Shown here piece by piece: positions 44,178-45,834 of a stretch of 45,834 nt of DNA; within the stretch, counting starts at the first letter, position 1; each line of letters begins with the position of its first letter. The notes below the pieces were generated by a model, which did no database searches, was not told the DNA's origin, and saw nothing but the letters and a program-made list of their open reading frames with translations. Position numbers and translations under genes: made by a program. This DNA comes from Desulfobacterales bacterium. Its GTDB lineage: Bacteria > Desulfobacterota > Desulfobacteria > Desulfobacterales > JAHEIW01. The stretch spans positions 1 through 45,834 of the forward strand of contig JASFIG010000001.1 in assembly GCA_050122795.1 (NCBI GenBank). The letters run 5' to 3'.

Positions 44178-45834
44178 ATGGAAGTTAAATATGTCCCTTC
44201 GGTATGTTCTTATTGCGGAACGGGGTGCGGTGTGCTGTTTGAAGTCATCGACGGAAAATTAACCGCAACCTTGCCGTTAAAAACCCATCCGGTCAATGAA
44301 GGACGGCTGTGCATCAAGGGCTGGAATCTGCATGAATATGTCAACAGCTTTATGCGCCTGAAAGCCCCGCTGATCAAAACCGGCGGACGATTTCGTCGCG
44401 TCTCCTGGGATCAGGCCATTCAGGTGACCGCCGAGCGGTTCACGGACATCATTGCCAAACACGGGCCCGACAGCGTCGGCGTGCTGGTTTCGGCCAAAAT
44501 CACCAATGAGGAAAATTATATCGCTCAGAAGTTTGCCCGGGCCGTCATTGGAACCAACAACGTGGATCACTGCGCGCGTCTTTGACATTCCTCGACGGTG
44601 GCCGGTCTGGCCGCCGCATTCGGCAGCGGTGCCATGACCAATTCCATCGCTGAAATCGAAGACGCCGGCTGTATTTTCGTCATCGGCTCCAACACCACAG
44701 CCTGTCATCCATTGGTAGCACGAAGAATCCTGCGCGCCAAAGACAAGGGTGCCAGGCTGATCGTCGCCGACCCACGCAATATCCACCTGGCCCGGTTCGC
44801 AGACATTGCCGTCAATCATCGACTCGGCAGCGATGTGGCCCTGCTGAACGGAATGATGCACATCATTATCCAAAACAGCTGGCATGATCAGGATTACATT
44901 TCTCAAAGAACCGAAGGCTTCGACGAACTCAAGGTGGCTGTTGAAAGGTATACGCCCGAAAGGGTTCAATCCATTACCGGGGTTAATCCAGTGGACCTTG
45001 AATGCATGGCCGGACTGTATGCCACCAATCCACCGGCCAGTTTGCTTTACGCCATGGGTATCACCCAGCACACCAGCGGGGTCGATAACGTCAAATCCTG
45101 TTGCAACCTGGCGCTTTTGTGCGGCAATGTGGGCGTACACGGCGGGGGAGTCAACCCGTTGAGAGGCCAGAACAATGTTCAGGGCGCCTGCGATATGGGC
45201 GGACTGCCCAATGTCTTTCCGGGCTATCAGCCGGTCAATGACGAGAAGATCCGACAAAAATTTGCAACCGCCTGGAAAACAGACCTTCCCGAGCGGGCCG
45301 GTTATACGGTCACCGAAATGGTTCAGATGATGATTGAGGGCGATTTAAAGGCCCTGTATGTGATCGGCGAAAACCCCAAACTCAGTGACGCCGATCGCAA
45401 TCATTTAAACAAAGCACTGGCCAATCTGGATTTTTTGGTGGTCCAGGGCCTCTTTTTGTCGGAAACCGCCCAGGTGGCCGATGTGGTACTGGCGGCCGCA
45501 TCGGTTGCCGAAAAAGAGGGCACCTTTACCAATACGGAGCGCCGTTGCCTGCGCATTCACAAAGCCATAGAGCCCATTGCCGACACCCTGCCCGACTGGC
45601 AGATTATCGCCAAACTTTCAGGCGCCATGGGCTATGAAATGGCTTACACCGGTCCTGAAGAAATCTTCAATGATTTGGCAACACTGACACCGAAGAGCTA
45701 CGGTGGTATGTCCTATGCGCGTCTGGGTATCGATGGCCTGCAATGGCCGTGTCCCGATTCAAATCATCCCGGAACACCCTATCTGCACAAAGATGAGTTT
45801 GCCCGCGGCAAAGGCCAATTTCATGCCATCGAAT
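44178..45834 (+). CDS. fdhA: Formate dehydrogenase alpha subunit (molybdopterin/tungstopterin), cytoplasmic type, selenocysteine at TGA 44583-44585; the 3' end lies outside the window
   Basis: N-terminal 4Fe-4S motif CSYCGTGCG without a twin-arginine signal. Classic Sec context NVDHCARL-U-HSSTVAGL. The frame stays open to the window end, with RGQNNVQGACDMGGLPNVFPGYQ, GENP and EKEGTFTNTERR. Confidence 0.9.
44596..44616 (+). promoter_or_regulatory. SECIS hairpin for the fdhA UGA
   Basis: CGGUGGCC-GGUCU-GGCCGCCG (8-bp stem with one G-U pair). The stem starts at the 11th nt after the UGA (10-nt gap). From memory, the apical loop GGUCU is the same as in the E. coli fdhF SECIS. Confidence 0.6.

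Noticed and set aside
44277-45257. 326-aa minus-strand ORF near the window end
   Set aside because: It is antisense to the fdhA coding frame, which continues past the Sec UGA and carries unmistakable molybdopterin-oxidoreductase motifs. It is a shadow ORF.

Overview
This is a 45.8-kb chromosomal segment of roughly 50% GC with several sharply AT-rich intergenic islands. The gene content points to a strictly anaerobic, selenocysteine-using, sigma54-rich bacterium of the Desulfobacterota (sulfate-reducer or syntroph) type. All homology calls were made by eye from motifs, with no database search. I recognised no rRNA, tRNA, CRISPR array, transposase or integrase.

Layout:
- 1-12.1 kb: a short-chain-acid scavenging and signalling locus. 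It holds a partial SSS transporter, a TPR lipoprotein, PrpE-like propionate-CoA ligase, a CheY-like REC protein, a membrane pseudo-kinase fused to a DEDDh exonuclease, an SSS-domain histidine kinase with a small 2-TM partner, and a 2x cNMP/CBS/DUF294 nucleotidyltransferase.
- 12.1-15.7 kb: a 996-aa secreted lipase-like/vWA protein plus a small membrane protein.
- 16.3-17.3 kb: a BHMT-like methyltransferase.
- 17.4-18.0 kb: two gene remnants (flavodoxin and peroxiredoxin).
- 18.2-21.0 kb: a NifX-like / MinD-ferredoxin ATPase cluster.
- 21.9-23.2 kb: a CCG-domain Fe-S oxidoreductase interrupted by an in-frame TGA.
- 23.6-27.7 kb: a Cache histidine kinase with an NtrC-type activator.
- 28.0-35.3 kb: Usp, PFOR and a four-subunit 2-oxoacid:ferredoxin oxidoreductase.
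- 35.9-38.7 kb: a GAF histidine kinase with a second NtrC-type activator.
- 38.9-45.8 kb: a REC / HdrA / MvhD / Fe-S / FdhA operon.

Main points:
1. Four genes contain in-frame TGA codons at positions where the families normally carry Cys or Sec (HdrA, MvhD, FdhA and the CCG Fe-S protein). The ORF track splits each of them into two ORFs.
2. Five sigma54-type promoters share an unusual CATGC -12 box. A nearly identical tripartite TTCGAAATTTT enhancer sits about 90-100 bp upstream of each one. Together they tie the middle of the window into one regulon and suggest a two-tier regulatory cascade.
3. The sensor-exonuclease / DUF294 / SSS-kinase module next to prpE is a functionally unexplained signalling system.
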